From a bacterium (GTDB lineage: Bacteria; Patescibacteriota; Minisyncoccia; Minisyncoccales; CG1-02-41-26): a stretch of 42,125 nt of DNA. Shown piece after piece: positions 17,518 to 27,770 of this stretch (position 1 is its first letter; every line of letters starts with the position of its first letter). The position numbers and the translations under genes are program-made. A model generated the notes under the pieces. That model did no database searches, was not told the origin of the DNA, and saw nothing but the letters and a program-made list of their open reading frames with translations. The stretch lies in contig JAUWWY010000001.1 of the NCBI GenBank assembly GCA_030616605.1, positions 198,251-240,375 on the forward strand. Direction: 5' to 3'.

Positions 17518-18252
17518 TTAGGACTCAAATTCCTTCATCGCTTTTTTAGCATCTTCTATAAACTGAGCAACTGTTTCTTTTGTTCTCGCCCCAAGTAAAG
17601 ATTTAGCAATTACCTCTGGGGGAATGGTCAAAATATGAGCACCTGTTCTTGACCAATATTCTACATTTTCCGGAGTTCTTACTGAACCGACAATAATTTC
17701 AATCCCTTTAAACTGGTGGAAATCAAACCAATTTCGAAGCTCTTCCAAAACTTGAAAAGTCCGTTCTACTCCTTGCTCTTCGGAAATTCTTCCTCCAAAA
17801 ACGCTGATAAAATGAGGGGTCTTTGCTTTTTCAGGATTCGCTTCCATTCCTGTTTTAATTGCTTTGGCGGCAAAAATTGCCTGGTTAAAAGTAGTCATTG
17901 CCGTAACATTAACTCGAACCCCTTCGCTCACTAATTTTTGAATAATCGGCAGAAAAGAATTTCCCTCTCTATCAGTAATGGTAACTTTAACAGCAATATT
18001 TTCGGCTAATTTAGAATAATCTCTTGCCTGATTAAGAATCTCTTCCGGGTCCTCGCTTGTTACCTCAACACTAACAGGCCGAGGTTCAATTAATTTAGCA
18101 ATCTCAATTGTTCTTCTTTTTATTCCTTCTATCCCGCCTGTCACTCCACACTTTAAACAAATAGTAGGATTAGTAGTAACACCATCACATAAACCCCAGT
18201 TAAGGTATTTTTCAATTTCCTCTAAGTCTGCACTATCAATAAATATTTTCAT
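17518..18252 (-). CDS. tal: Small transaldolase (TAL/FSA family, TAL-type residues)
   Basis: MKIFIDSA, GVTTNPT, SVEV (Glu typical of transaldolase), Schiff-base Lys in AVKV, VNVT and SVFGGR. Confidence 0.85.
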   Translation of the reverse strand: MKIFIDSADLEEIEKYLNWGLCDGVTTNPTICLKCGVTGGIEGIKRRTIEIAKLIEPRPVSVEVTSEDPEEILNQARDYSKLAENIAVKVTITDREGNSFLPIIQKLVSEGVRVNVTAMTTFNQAIFAAKAIKTGMEANPEKAKTPHFISVFGGRISEEQGVERTFQVLEELRNWFDFHQFKGIEIIVGSVRTPENVEYWSRTGAHILTIPPEVIAKSLLGARTKETVAQFIEDAKKAMKEFES

Positions 18253-18262
18253 AATATTTTCA

Positions 18263-18799
18263 TTATTTTTTATTTGAATTTTTAATAATTTCGACCGTTT
18301 CTTCTAAATTATTAACCTCAAAATCATAGTCCTTTTGGAAATCTTTATTATATTCTCTTCTTATTAAAATTGTTTTACAGCCAGCTGCCTTGCCAGCTCC
18401 AATGTCTTTCCATGTATCTCCAATTACATATGACTTCTTTAAATCAATAGACCATTTTTTAGCTGCTTCTAATAATAATCCTGGTTTTGGTTTTCTACAG
18501 TTGCAATTATTTTTATCATCATGAGGACAAAACTTGATTCCATCCACTAGTAATGTTTCCATTATAAACTTATGCATTTCCCCCAAATCTTCTATTTTTA
18601 GTAACCCTCTGCTTATATCCGGCTGACTAGTAAAAACTATATTCAGGAATTCCATTTTTTTAAATTCCTTTAAACATTCTTTAACATTCGGCAAAATCTC
18701 AAACTCTTCTAATCTCCAAGGAGAAGAAACTATTCCCTTTCGCATAACTACTTTGTTTATCACTCCATCCCTGTCTAAAAATATAGCTTTATTCTTCAT
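18263..18799 (-). CDS. gmhB: Heptose 1,7-bisphosphate phosphatase family (HAD IIIA)
   Basis: FLDRDGVIN, TSQP, CPH....CNCRKPKPG and IGD..KD. Confidence 0.9.
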   Translation of the reverse strand: MKNKAIFLDRDGVINKVVMRKGIVSSPWRLEEFEILPNVKECLKEFKKMEFLNIVFTSQPDISRGLLKIEDLGEMHKFIMETLLVDGIKFCPHDDKNNCNCRKPKPGLLLEAAKKWSIDLKKSYVIGDTWKDIGAGKAAGCKTILIRREYNKDFQKDYDFEVNNLEETVEIIKNSNKK

Positions 18800-18800
18800 C

Positions 18801-19373
18801 TTATTCTTCCAACTCGGCTAAAAGATTAACAAGGAGATGATCCATAATCATTTGAAAATCTTCGGTATGAGGGGTTCTTCTTTTATCATCTAAACATGGA
18901 ATAATAACACAGGCATCAGCTTCTTTAGCTGTAGCGCCAGTATCTTTACCGACAACCCCAACAATTTTAGCCCCGATCTCCTTGGCATAATTAATGGCCT
19001 CCACTAAATTCTTTGATGTTGTCTCTGTGCCCCCACCTACGGAAAATATAAAAAGACAATCATCAGGCCTTAAATGATGCATTTCTAGTTGCCTCTTAAA
19101 AATAGATTCCCAACCTTCATCGTTAACCAAGGCAGTCAATAAAGCTGGATTATCACTTAAACAAATACTGGAGATTTTAGCAATCTTGTTAAAATCATTT
19201 GCCGAATGAGAACCGGTTCCTGCTCCTCCTCCTACCCCCAAGAAAAAAATCCTTGCTTTATTTCTCCTGACCTGACTTAAAACTTCTATCATTTTCTCAA
19301 TTGCCTTCTGGTCTAAACTATTAGCAATCTCTGCAGTTTCTTTTAAATAGTTATTAATAAAATTATTTATCAT
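18801..19373 (-). CDS. gmhA: SIS-domain phosphosugar isomerase, divergent GmhA-like
   Basis: LGVGGGAGTGSHSANDF, LTALVNDEGW, FSVGGG..SKNL and HTED...HLL. Start moved to MINNF (19373). Confidence 0.8.
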   Translation of the reverse strand: MINNFINNYLKETAEIANSLDQKAIEKMIEVLSQVRRNKARIFFLGVGGGAGTGSHSANDFNKIAKISSICLSDNPALLTALVNDEGWESIFKRQLEMHHLRPDDCLFIFSVGGGTETTSKNLVEAINYAKEIGAKIVGVVGKDTGATAKEADACVIIPCLDDKRRTPHTEDFQMIMDHLLVNLLAELEE

Positions 19374-19377
19374 ATAT

Positions 19378-20376
19378 TTATAAATTAATAATTTTTTTAT
19401 TTTTTGATGATTTATATAGAACATCAATGATTTTGTTTGCCATCATCCCATCATAGCTATTTCCCGAGGGTTCTCTTTTCTCTTTAATAGCGGAAATAAA
19501 TTCTTTCCATTCTTCTTTCAAAGAGGTATCTTTTTCAAATTCAAAAATTTTCTCATCCGGCCTTTTTCCTAATTTTCTCCGAAGGCCAATTATAAGCATT
19601 TCCTTTCCATAACTTCCTCCTAATCCATCAACTATAATATATCCTTTTTCTCCGAAAATCTCAAATAAAAACTTGTTTTTCCATTGAGTAGTACTGACTT
19701 GAAAATAAAGTAATTTTCTATCATTTGTCCTTAAAATACAGAAAGAGTTGTCTTCTAAATTGCTTTTTCTCCAAAACAAATTTTCATTTATGGCAACCCC
19801 TTCTTTGAATTCGCCTAAAAACCATCTGGCTAAATCTATAATATGAATACCTTGGTCTAATAATTGTCCACCTCCGGATATTTTTTGCATTCGCCACTCA
19901 GTATCATATCCCTTTCTTCCACCATGGCCATAAACTGCCCTTATATACATTAGTTTCCCAATAATACCTTTATTGACTAATTCATGGGCCTTTTTTATGG
20001 CTGGGTGAAATCGATGATTAAAACCAACTTTCAAAATAACTTTTTCTTTTTTAGCTAAATCGAAAAGAAGTTCTGCCTCTTTATAATTCCTTCCCAATGG
20101 TTTTTCGCAGAGAATATTCTTTTTAGCTCTAATTGCTTCCTTGCATATTTTCAGTAAGGCACTAGTGGGAACGGCAATAATAGTAATATCAATATTTCTA
20201 TCATCTATTAATTCTTGATAACTAGCCGCGATTTTACAGCCAATTCTTCGGCCTAATCTTTGACTTTTCTTTTTATCAATGTCAAAAACAGCTGTTATTT
20301 TGTCTTTTGATGATTTCAATATAGCATCGGCTCTCTTGTTCCCTATCAAACCAGCACCAATTATTCCTACTCTCAT
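19378..20376 (-). CDS. Gfo/Idh/MocA family oxidoreductase
   Basis: GIIGAGLIG, CEKP, GFNHRF and GGGQLLDQGIH. Confidence 0.9.
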   Translation of the reverse strand: MRVGIIGAGLIGNKRADAILKSSKDKITAVFDIDKKKSQRLGRRIGCKIAASYQELIDDRNIDITIIAVPTSALLKICKEAIRAKKNILCEKPLGRNYKEAELLFDLAKKEKVILKVGFNHRFHPAIKKAHELVNKGIIGKLMYIRAVYGHGGRKGYDTEWRMQKISGGGQLLDQGIHIIDLARWFLGEFKEGVAINENLFWRKSNLEDNSFCILRTNDRKLLYFQVSTTQWKNKFLFEIFGEKGYIIVDGLGGSYGKEMLIIGLRRKLGKRPDEKIFEFEKDTSLKEEWKEFISAIKEKREPSGNSYDGMMANKIIDVLYKSSKNKKIINL

Positions 20377-20377
20377 A

Positions 20378-21232
20378 TTATTTTTTTATTTCTTTAAAAT
20401 ATTTATTGTCTATTCTTCTTAAAGTATAATTCGAAGATTTCATAATATCTTTTATTTTTTTCTTATCCAATTTTCTCCAATTATCCCATTTAGCACTTAT
20501 TAACTTCCCTGATAATTTATCTGACTTATTTGAGGCTAAAAATAATACAAGCTCAGCTGGGTTTTGGAGAGGAGTACCTCCACTTCTCAACTGTTTCTTG
20601 GCTTCAGATATTGCTTTTTTGCCAGCTTTTTTACCAGCTTCCAAGATCTCCTTTAACATTTTTGTATTCACTGCTCCTGGTGCAATAGCATTAACTTGAA
20701 TATTGTATTTTTTAAGTTCATCGGCTAAAACTTCAGTCAAACGAACTATTGCAGTTTTTGAAGCAGCGTAAGCGGAAAAATTTGGCCGAGAACTTGTTGC
20801 CCCACCTCCAGAAAAATTAATTATCTTCCCTCTCTTTTGTCTTTTCATATAAGGTAAAACTTCTTTTGTACAAAGGAAGGTTCCAAAAAGGTTAACTTCT
20901 ATAGTCCTGAACCAATCGTTTGAATTATTCTTTTCTAAAGGACCAATCTGACCTTGAACTCCAGCATTATTCACTAAAATATCAATTTTACCAAATCTTT
21001 GCAGAGTGTTTTTTACCATTCTCTTTACCTCTTTTGGATTTGAAACATCTACCTTTATTCCGAGAACATCTCCCCCAAGATCTTTTATTTTTTCTACTGT
21101 ATCTTTTATCTCAGCTTGTAAGAGAGAGGCCACAACAACATTAGCTCCTTCTTGAGCAAAAGTTAAAGCAATACATTCACCTATTCCTCTTCCAGCTCCC
21201 GTTATAATAGCAATTTTATTTTTTAGTAACAT
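20378..21232 (-). CDS. Classical SDR oxidoreductase
   Basis: TGAGRGIG, NNAG, YAASK and NAIAPG. Confidence 0.92.
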   Translation of the reverse strand: MLLKNKIAIITGAGRGIGECIALTFAQEGANVVVASLLQAEIKDTVEKIKDLGGDVLGIKVDVSNPKEVKRMVKNTLQRFGKIDILVNNAGVQGQIGPLEKNNSNDWFRTIEVNLFGTFLCTKEVLPYMKRQKRGKIINFSGGGATSSRPNFSAYAASKTAIVRLTEVLADELKKYNIQVNAIAPGAVNTKMLKEILEAGKKAGKKAISEAKKQLRSGGTPLQNPAELVLFLASNKSDKLSGKLISAKWDNWRKLDKKKIKDIMKSSNYTLRRIDNKYFKEIKK

Positions 21233-21233
21233 A

Positions 21234-22220
21234 TTAAAGATTTACCAAAATTTTTGAACCTTCTAATTCGAATTTAAATGGCATTTCTCTTAAACCATTT
21301 TTGGTCATTACTTCCCGCAATTTCTTTTTATCGCCATCACAATAAAACAGAAAGAAGCCGCCGCCGCCAGCTCCCATTATTTTTCCTCCTAATACATCGT
21401 TTTCTTTGGCTAACTCATAAAGAGTGTTTATTCGAGGGTTAGATATCTTGTTTGACATCTTTTTTTTGGTCTGCCAATGCTCATCCATCAATCTTCCGAA
21501 ATTTCTCAGATCACCTCTTTCTAAACTGTTTTTTATCTCACTGCCTATTTCTTTTATTCTGGTCAAAGATTTCGTTACCTCGCTTTCATCTATTTTGGCT
21601 TGAGCACTTTGTTTAGCTAAAATACTTGATGATTCACGAGAAATACCAGTGAAATACATAACTAATTTGTTTTCTAATTCTTCTATAATATCTCTTGATA
21701 GATTTGCTTTTGAAACTTTGACCTCCCCATTTTTTTCTATATCCATAATTGTGAATCCGCCAAAAGCAGCTAAATACTGGTCGTGTTTGCCAACCGGCTT
21801 TTTCAAAACATCAATTTCTATTTTACATGCCTCTTCGGCTAATTCTTGAGTTAAGAGATTTTCTCTTTTTAATTCATGTAATCCTTTTAAGAGCCCTACT
21901 AAATAGGCGCCTGATGAGCCAAGACCAGTACCAGCCGGCACATCGGCTAAAGAAGCAATCTCAATATTGTTCTTTATTCCTGTATATTTTAATGATTCTC
22001 TAACTAATTCGTGTTTAATTTCTTCAATAGTTTTTACTGTTTCCGATTTTGAATATTTAATCCGTATCAAATCATCAGCAGCTGGTCGGTTAATACAAAT
22101 ATACATATATTTATTAAGAGTGGCACTGAATATAAAACCTCCGTATTTCGAGTAATAAGAGGGCAAATCGGTTCCTCCGCCTCCTAAAGATATTCTAAAT
22201 GGTGTTCTCACAATAATCAT
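21234..22220 (-). CDS. hddA: GHMP kinase, heptose-7-phosphate 1-kinase-like
   Basis: RTPFRISLGGGGTD, GTGLGSSG, GKHDQY and GAGGGGF. Confidence 0.88.
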   Translation of the reverse strand: MIIVRTPFRISLGGGGTDLPSYYSKYGGFIFSATLNKYMYICINRPAADDLIRIKYSKSETVKTIEEIKHELVRESLKYTGIKNNIEIASLADVPAGTGLGSSGAYLVGLLKGLHELKRENLLTQELAEEACKIEIDVLKKPVGKHDQYLAAFGGFTIMDIEKNGEVKVSKANLSRDIIEELENKLVMYFTGISRESSSILAKQSAQAKIDESEVTKSLTRIKEIGSEIKNSLERGDLRNFGRLMDEHWQTKKKMSNKISNPRINTLYELAKENDVLGGKIMGAGGGGFFLFYCDGDKKKLREVMTKNGLREMPFKFELEGSKILVNL

Positions 22221-22228
22221 ATTTCTAT

Positions 22229-22967
22229 TTATTTTTTATTTATTTTGTTTTTTATTTTTTCCCAAAAATCTTTTGTCTTTTTATAACATTCAAGGGTGTC
22301 AATGCCAAAAAGATATTCATTTTCAGGTATCAAATAAGCAAAAATGTCAACCTTTTTTTTTGAGAAGCAAGGGAAATAAATCCTTGCCAAAGTCGTAAAA
22401 TTTATTCTTAGGAATATATTTTAATATCTCCGGTTCCAAAACATAGATACCGGCATTAACAAAAAGAATTTTATTATTGCTTCCTTCTCTAAAACTTTTT
22501 ATTTTAAAGGTTTTTTTATTATAAACTACTCTTCCTCCAGCAATACCGCTATTTTTATTCTTTGTTCTATCAAAAATGGCTATGGTAATAATTCCTTTGT
22601 TCTTTTTATGAAATTCTAATAATTTTTTTAAATTGCAGTTGGTGAAATTATCACCATAAACAACAAAAAACGTCTCTTTAAACTCTTTTTCAATCTTTTT
22701 TATTGCTCCAGCACTCCCCAAAATATTTTTCTCTTTGGAATAAATAATATTTACTCCAAATCTCTTTCCTTGGCCAAAATAATTTGTTATATTTTCCGGA
22801 GCATGATGAAGATTTATATAAATGTCTTTTATTCCGGCTTTTTTTACAATATCTAAGTTATATTCCAAAATTGGTTTTCCTCCAATTTCCATCATTATTT
22901 TCGATTTATTATCAGTAAACGGCCTCAATCTCGTGCTCTTTCCAGCTGCTAGAATCATTGCTTTCAT
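22229..22967 (-). pseudogene. hddC: HddC-like sugar-1-phosphate nucleotidyltransferase, frameshifted at an A9 tract
   Basis: LAAGKSTRL.P, GSAG, YGD and NAGIY. The frame stops at 22347 just after A9 (plus-strand T 22353-22361). Deleting one A restores KVDIFAYLIPENEYLFGIDTLECY... to TAA at 22229-22231 (245 aa). Confidence 0.8.
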
Positions 22968-23896
22968 AAATTACTAATAACTTTATTTTTTATATAATCT
23001 ATACTGATTTTTAAACCATCTTCTAAATCAATTCTTGGCTGCCAGCCCAAAGATTCTGCTTTGCTTATATCAGCCAGGTTAATTTCCGCTTCCCCTGGTA
23101 AACTTTCTTTATAAACCGGTTTGATATTTACCCCTATTAGATTTTTTATGATATTGTAAATTTCATTTACGGAATAATTTTTTCCAGAACCAATATTATA
23201 AATATTATTGCTTACTTCTTCATTGTTTATTGCTAGAATGTGAAAATCATTAACATCATCAATATAGACAAAATCTCTTCTTTTCTCTCCGTTACCGTAG
23301 ATTGTCGGCCTTTCCTCTTTTAGTAGTTTAATAATAAAAGTACTCATTACTGGGGGTATAGTTCTTCTGTAATCTTGTCTTGGTCCGTAGACATTAAAAT
23401 AGCGCAAACCCACAAAGTTTAATCTATAAAATTTATTGTATGCTGCAGCAAATATTGAATCTGCTAATTTGCTTTTTGCATAAAAACTCAGGGGTTTTTC
23501 TTCGGTTTCTGGGGTAGGAAATAAATCAGTGCCTTCATAAATAGCGGATGATTCAGCATAAACCACTTTTTTAACCAAAGCTCTTTTAGCTGCTTCAAAG
23601 ATGTTTAGAGTGCCAGTTATATTTATATCCGCAGTTTCTATTGGGTCTTTTTGACAATCGCTGATACAATTTTTTGCTGCCAAATGAAAAACAACCTCAA
23701 TATCCTTAAATAACGGATATATATTTTTTGACCTTATATCTTCTTGATAGAATTTCACCTCTTTTGGTATTTGTTCTTTTACCCCTTGGGAAAGATTATC
23801 AATACCAATAACTTTATATCCTTCTTTTATTAATCTCTCTGCTAAATTGCTTCCAATAAAGCCCGCTACCCCTGTTATTAAAATATTCTTTACCAT
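22964..23896 (-). CDS. NAD-dependent epimerase/dehydratase (extended SDR)
   Basis: TGVAGFIGS, YAKSK, YFNVYGPRQ and RDFVYIDD. Confidence 0.92.
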   Translation of the reverse strand: MVKNILITGVAGFIGSNLAERLIKEGYKVIGIDNLSQGVKEQIPKEVKFYQEDIRSKNIYPLFKDIEVVFHLAAKNCISDCQKDPIETADINITGTLNIFEAAKRALVKKVVYAESSAIYEGTDLFPTPETEEKPLSFYAKSKLADSIFAAAYNKFYRLNFVGLRYFNVYGPRQDYRRTIPPVMSTFIIKLLKEERPTIYGNGEKRRDFVYIDDVNDFHILAINNEEVSNNIYNIGSGKNYSVNEIYNIIKNLIGVNIKPVYKESLPGEAEINLADISKAESLGWQPRIDLEDGLKISIDYIKNKVISNL

Positions 23897-23956
23897 AATT
23901 ACTATTTTATAATTAAAAATTTATCGGTGGTTTAGTTAGACATGAATTATTCGGAC

Positions 23957-24643
23957 TTAGCTAATTTCATTATATGCCCTTTTTGATTCCCGACAAAAAA
24001 CCATAATATTCGGCTCTAACCAAAACACAATAAACTTCCCTGCTTCAGCATTTTCCTTTATTTTCCGTCTAAGTAAATCTGTCATCTTCTTATCAAATCT
24101 GAAAGAATGCTTTTTAAACTTTTCAATCCACCATTTGTGAGGTTGCTCATTAACATGGCATTTACCACCTTGATTAGGAGTGGCAGCAGTAAAAATTATC
24201 AAATCCGAACAATCACACATTGATTTTAGATAAACATCTGAATATTTTTTATCTATATGCTCCGCTACCTCTATGGACAATGCAATATCATATTTTCTGT
24301 TAAGATTTAGGGGTTTTCGTAAATCGTGCTGGATTATATATTTCTTATCAACCAGCAAGTTAGAGAACGCTGCAGGGCTTCCCTCCACTCCAAGAACATC
24401 TGAAACTCCTTCTTTAAGCGCATAAAACAAGTAATGGCCAGTAGCACAACCAAGATCAATAAGGCTCTGGAATTCAAAAATATCCTGTAAAAGTGATATA
24501 AACCATTCAGCTATCTTTAATCCTTCTTTTTGGTTAGAAAGGAAAAAATCCTTGTTATAAATTCTTAAATTATACTTCCAACCAAAAAATGCAACTACGT
24601 TGTATATTTTTCTTTTAATTTTATAGTATATTAATTTCAACAT
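23957..24643 (-). CDS. Class I SAM-dependent methyltransferase
   Basis: DLGCATG, SIEVAEHI and TAATPNQGG.CHVNEQ...WW. Confidence 0.85.
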   Translation of the reverse strand: MLKLIYYKIKRKIYNVVAFFGWKYNLRIYNKDFFLSNQKEGLKIAEWFISLLQDIFEFQSLIDLGCATGHYLFYALKEGVSDVLGVEGSPAAFSNLLVDKKYIIQHDLRKPLNLNRKYDIALSIEVAEHIDKKYSDVYLKSMCDCSDLIIFTAATPNQGGKCHVNEQPHKWWIEKFKKHSFRFDKKMTDLLRRKIKENAEAGKFIVFWLEPNIMVFCRESKRAYNEIS

Positions 24644-24663
24644 TTTAAATTATTTATTTATGA

Positions 24664-25968
24664 TTAGTTTATTCTTACTAAGATTTTTCTAAGAAAAATC
24701 TTAAATTTGGTCGAGAAAGCAACGAAAGTTTTTTTGATTATAAATGAAGATTTTTGAGGATTTAAAAAACAATATTTAATTCTGTAAAAAATAAGTATTA
24801 ATATGCTTGGGTTTTTATAACCATTTTTAGGTATTATCTGAGAACATTCTTTGTTCCCCTCAATATCATTTATGGTGTCTATATAAAGTTTCTCAAATCT
24901 TTTTTTTGTATTATCTATTAAATACTTTTCAGTAGCTAATTTCCTTGCTTTATCTCCTAATTTTATCCTTAACTCATCATCTAAAATTAGTTTGGTTAAA
25001 TACTCTTCATAATCTTTTTTATTTTTACAAACTTTTCCACAATCTCCTATAATCTCTATATGCCCATTCATTAATGCCCTATGAGACACAACTGGTAATC
25101 CATGTAGCATTGCCTCTTGAATTGCTGTACCATGACATTCTCCATCTTTTCTGCCATGGCAATATATATTTAAAGATAGGAGAAACTCACAAATTTTTCG
25201 CCAATCAGCTATCGGATTAAAAAATTTAACGCTATCTGAAATTCCTAAATTCTCTGCTTGTTTTCTATATAAATCACCTCCTCCCAAAATAATAAAATTT
25301 AATTTCTTGTGTTTGATCTTATTTTTTAATTTGGAGAAAACACTTAGAGGAATAGGTGAAAATATATCATTAGTCGGTCGCTGATGGAAACCAAGAGTTA
25401 ATTCGTTCTTGATTGAAAAAGGTTTATTGCAAGCAGAAGGATTTACCGATTCTAATATCCCCGGATAGATAACACTTCTTTTTTCAGGATTGCCCCCGTT
25501 GCTTAACCAAATGTCATCTATCCATTTAGAAATACAAACTGTTCTGTAAATATTTCCTGAAAAATCAATACTCCCAAAAATGTTCCACTCTATTATTGGC
25601 TTAGGAATATAGGTAAAGGGATATTCTGGATGACCAGATTTAGCTGTTTGAATAATATCGTATTTATTATGATTAAATACATTCCAAAAATTTGTATTTA
25701 TCCATTTATGTGTCGGGTCGGAAATATCTCTCTTTTCAACTTTAAATTCAATCGTTTTGACTCCATTATCTTCTAAGTATTTTTTTTGTATTAATGCTGT
25801 TGGATTTAAAATTGCACTACTGTACAAATCAATACCCGGATCACACCAATAGTAATCAACATTGAACAAATCTTTATTAAGATTTGCTGCTAATCTTATT
25901 AATTGTTTTTCCGTTCCTCCGCTTGTTAATCCTGTATATTTTATAAAAGCGATATTGATCTTTTGCAT
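24664..25968 (-). CDS. Glycosyltransferase family 4 (divergent)
   Basis: GGTEK near the N-terminus and GECHGTAIQEAMLHGLPVV (Ex7E). Confidence 0.82.
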   Translation of the reverse strand: MQKINIAFIKYTGLTSGGTEKQLIRLAANLNKDLFNVDYYWCDPGIDLYSSAILNPTALIQKKYLEDNGVKTIEFKVEKRDISDPTHKWINTNFWNVFNHNKYDIIQTAKSGHPEYPFTYIPKPIIEWNIFGSIDFSGNIYRTVCISKWIDDIWLSNGGNPEKRSVIYPGILESVNPSACNKPFSIKNELTLGFHQRPTNDIFSPIPLSVFSKLKNKIKHKKLNFIILGGGDLYRKQAENLGISDSVKFFNPIADWRKICEFLLSLNIYCHGRKDGECHGTAIQEAMLHGLPVVSHRALMNGHIEIIGDCGKVCKNKKDYEEYLTKLILDDELRIKLGDKARKLATEKYLIDNTKKRFEKLYIDTINDIEGNKECSQIIPKNGYKNPSILILIFYRIKYCFLNPQKSSFIIKKTFVAFSTKFKIFLRKILVRIN

Positions 25969-25984
25969 TTTAGAAAGAAAAATT

Positions 25985-26749
25985 CTATTTACAAATTTTA
26001 CTTATAATAGAAGTCTTTAATTCTTTAATCTTTCTCGGTGCTCTAAATCTAACCTTATAATAAACCCCTGAAATACTCCACCAAATATCAGAAAAAATAT
26101 TATTTTTTTCTGCTCTTATAGTAGAATAGCCAATGCACTTACCACTAATTCCTTTATAATATCCATCATTTTTAATGGCACTAAACGATAAATCCCAGTT
26201 AGACAAATTTTCCCTCCACCATTTTTCCTTTCGAATATACCATAAAGGAACTTGGATATTTTTATTATATGGCTCACAAAAATACAACATGGAACCAACT
26301 GGCATTTTATTTATAATCTCAAGAATTTTTTTAACATGATAGTCACCAATATGACTAAAGACCATACCAGTAGTAAATAAGCAAGGAATTTTTAAATCAA
26401 TAGATTTTAAAGCTTCAATCGCAGATAAATTTATAAACTTAATATTTTCATACTTTTTAGTAATCTCTTTTGCTATATCTATAGCTGCTTTCGATGGTTC
26501 TATTCCTATTACTGTTTTGAATAAAGAAGCAGTCTTATCTAATAACCAGCCAGCGCCACAACCAATATCTATATGAAGCTCTCTAATATGAGGGTTTCCA
26601 TCTATTATTTTTTAAAAACCATTTTTTTCAAACATTTTAAGCTCTTCATATTCTTTAAATCTCTGTTTATGCCATTCTGGGTCGGTTTTCTTATAATCAT
26701 TATCATGGGCTATATAACTATTATTGTCTATTCTTTTATCATCATTCAT
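25985..26749 (-). pseudogene. Class I SAM methyltransferase interrupted by one in-frame TAA
   Basis: Hand translation from ATG 26749 (overlapping the end of the upstream gene) gives MNDDKR...NGF*KIIDGNPHIRELHIDIGCGAGWLL...GIEPS... in frame with the 126-aa ORF. The stop is codon 46 (26612-26614). Confidence 0.8.
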
Positions 26750-27764
26750 ATTTTTTAAAAAATCGGTAAATTTTGTATAAAAAACTGTTGTAACTTAGTA
26801 AAGGTTGTAAATATTTATGATAAAACTTAATATAAAAATGTCTTGGGCTATCAATTTTATTTTCCGGTAGATTTTTAACTCCTCTTTTGATAGCTATCTG
26901 TCTTTTTTTCTCCCAGTCAACATCCCAAATATCCAACCACTTGAAATATTTAGTCCCATATTTTTTAAAATCCTGCAATATCTCCGTATCAAACCAATAT
27001 AATTTATCTTCTAAAAAATTTTCTAAATTTATCCCTCTTTTCTGCCAGGATTTCAGCCAAAATTCGGGAATATTTTTCAAAATTATGTTCCTTTCATCTT
27101 TTGTGTTCCAATATCTTGTATTTATGGCTAAAAAACTTTTTTTAGGAAAAACTCTTTTTTCCATTATCCGACAATGTTGCTGTTTTGAAAGCATCCGGCT
27201 CCAGAGAACAAATTGGAAATGCATTATTTTAACATTTTCGTATTTTAAAGGATTCTTTAAAAAAGCGTTGGGTATCTTGCCTTCATGAACATTGCCTAAA
27301 GTATAATTTGTTTTGCCATCATCTTTGAAAATAAAATATTTAAAGTTTTTCTGCCAAACCGATTTATCATCGCGATATTTTTTTGGACTTCGCCATAAAT
27401 TTACCCACTCCAGTATCACTGACTGGCCAGTTTTTAATGATATTAGAAGATTTTTCCAAGAAAAATCTTCTAATATGTTGACAGTTGGTATTTCGTCAGC
27501 ATCAAGACCAAAAATTATATTTCCAGCCCCAAAAAGTTGACGAGCTTTATCTAATAAAATCTGCCTTCTGTTCTTTTTGCCAGGATATCCCTCAGGATTT
27601 ATTAAATAAACAACTTTTAAGAATCTCTTACAAATTTCAGGCGTCTTATCTATAGAACCCTGATCACCCACAATAATATGGTCAGCAAACAAGGAAGCTG
27701 CCTTTAATGTTTTTTCTAAAATCCATTCCTCATTTCTAACTGGCATTAGAACAATAATTTTCAT
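26742..27764 (-). CDS. Glycosyltransferase family 2
   Basis: MPVRNEE, DQGSIDKT, LDADE and VHE. Confidence 0.85.
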   Translation of the reverse strand: MKIIVLMPVRNEEWILEKTLKAASLFADHIIVGDQGSIDKTPEICKRFLKVVYLINPEGYPGKKNRRQILLDKARQLFGAGNIIFGLDADEIPTVNILEDFSWKNLLISLKTGQSVILEWVNLWRSPKKYRDDKSVWQKNFKYFIFKDDGKTNYTLGNVHEGKIPNAFLKNPLKYENVKIMHFQFVLWSRMLSKQQHCRIMEKRVFPKKSFLAINTRYWNTKDERNIILKNIPEFWLKSWQKRGINLENFLEDKLYWFDTEILQDFKKYGTKYFKWLDIWDVDWEKKRQIAIKRGVKNLPENKIDSPRHFYIKFYHKYLQPLLSYNSFLYKIYRFFKKYE

Positions 27765-27770
27765 AGATTT

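Noticed and set aside
22347..22349. TGA read-through (genetic code 25 or 4) explaining the short nucleotidyltransferase
   Set aside because: TGA ends several intact genes here (e.g. gltX in an ATGA overlap), and the conserved C-terminal motif is in a different frame, so a frameshift fits better.
26573..26758. 61-aa hydrophobic + strand ORF filling an apparent gap
   Set aside because: The gap is explained by the 5' part of the interrupted minus-strand methyltransferase.
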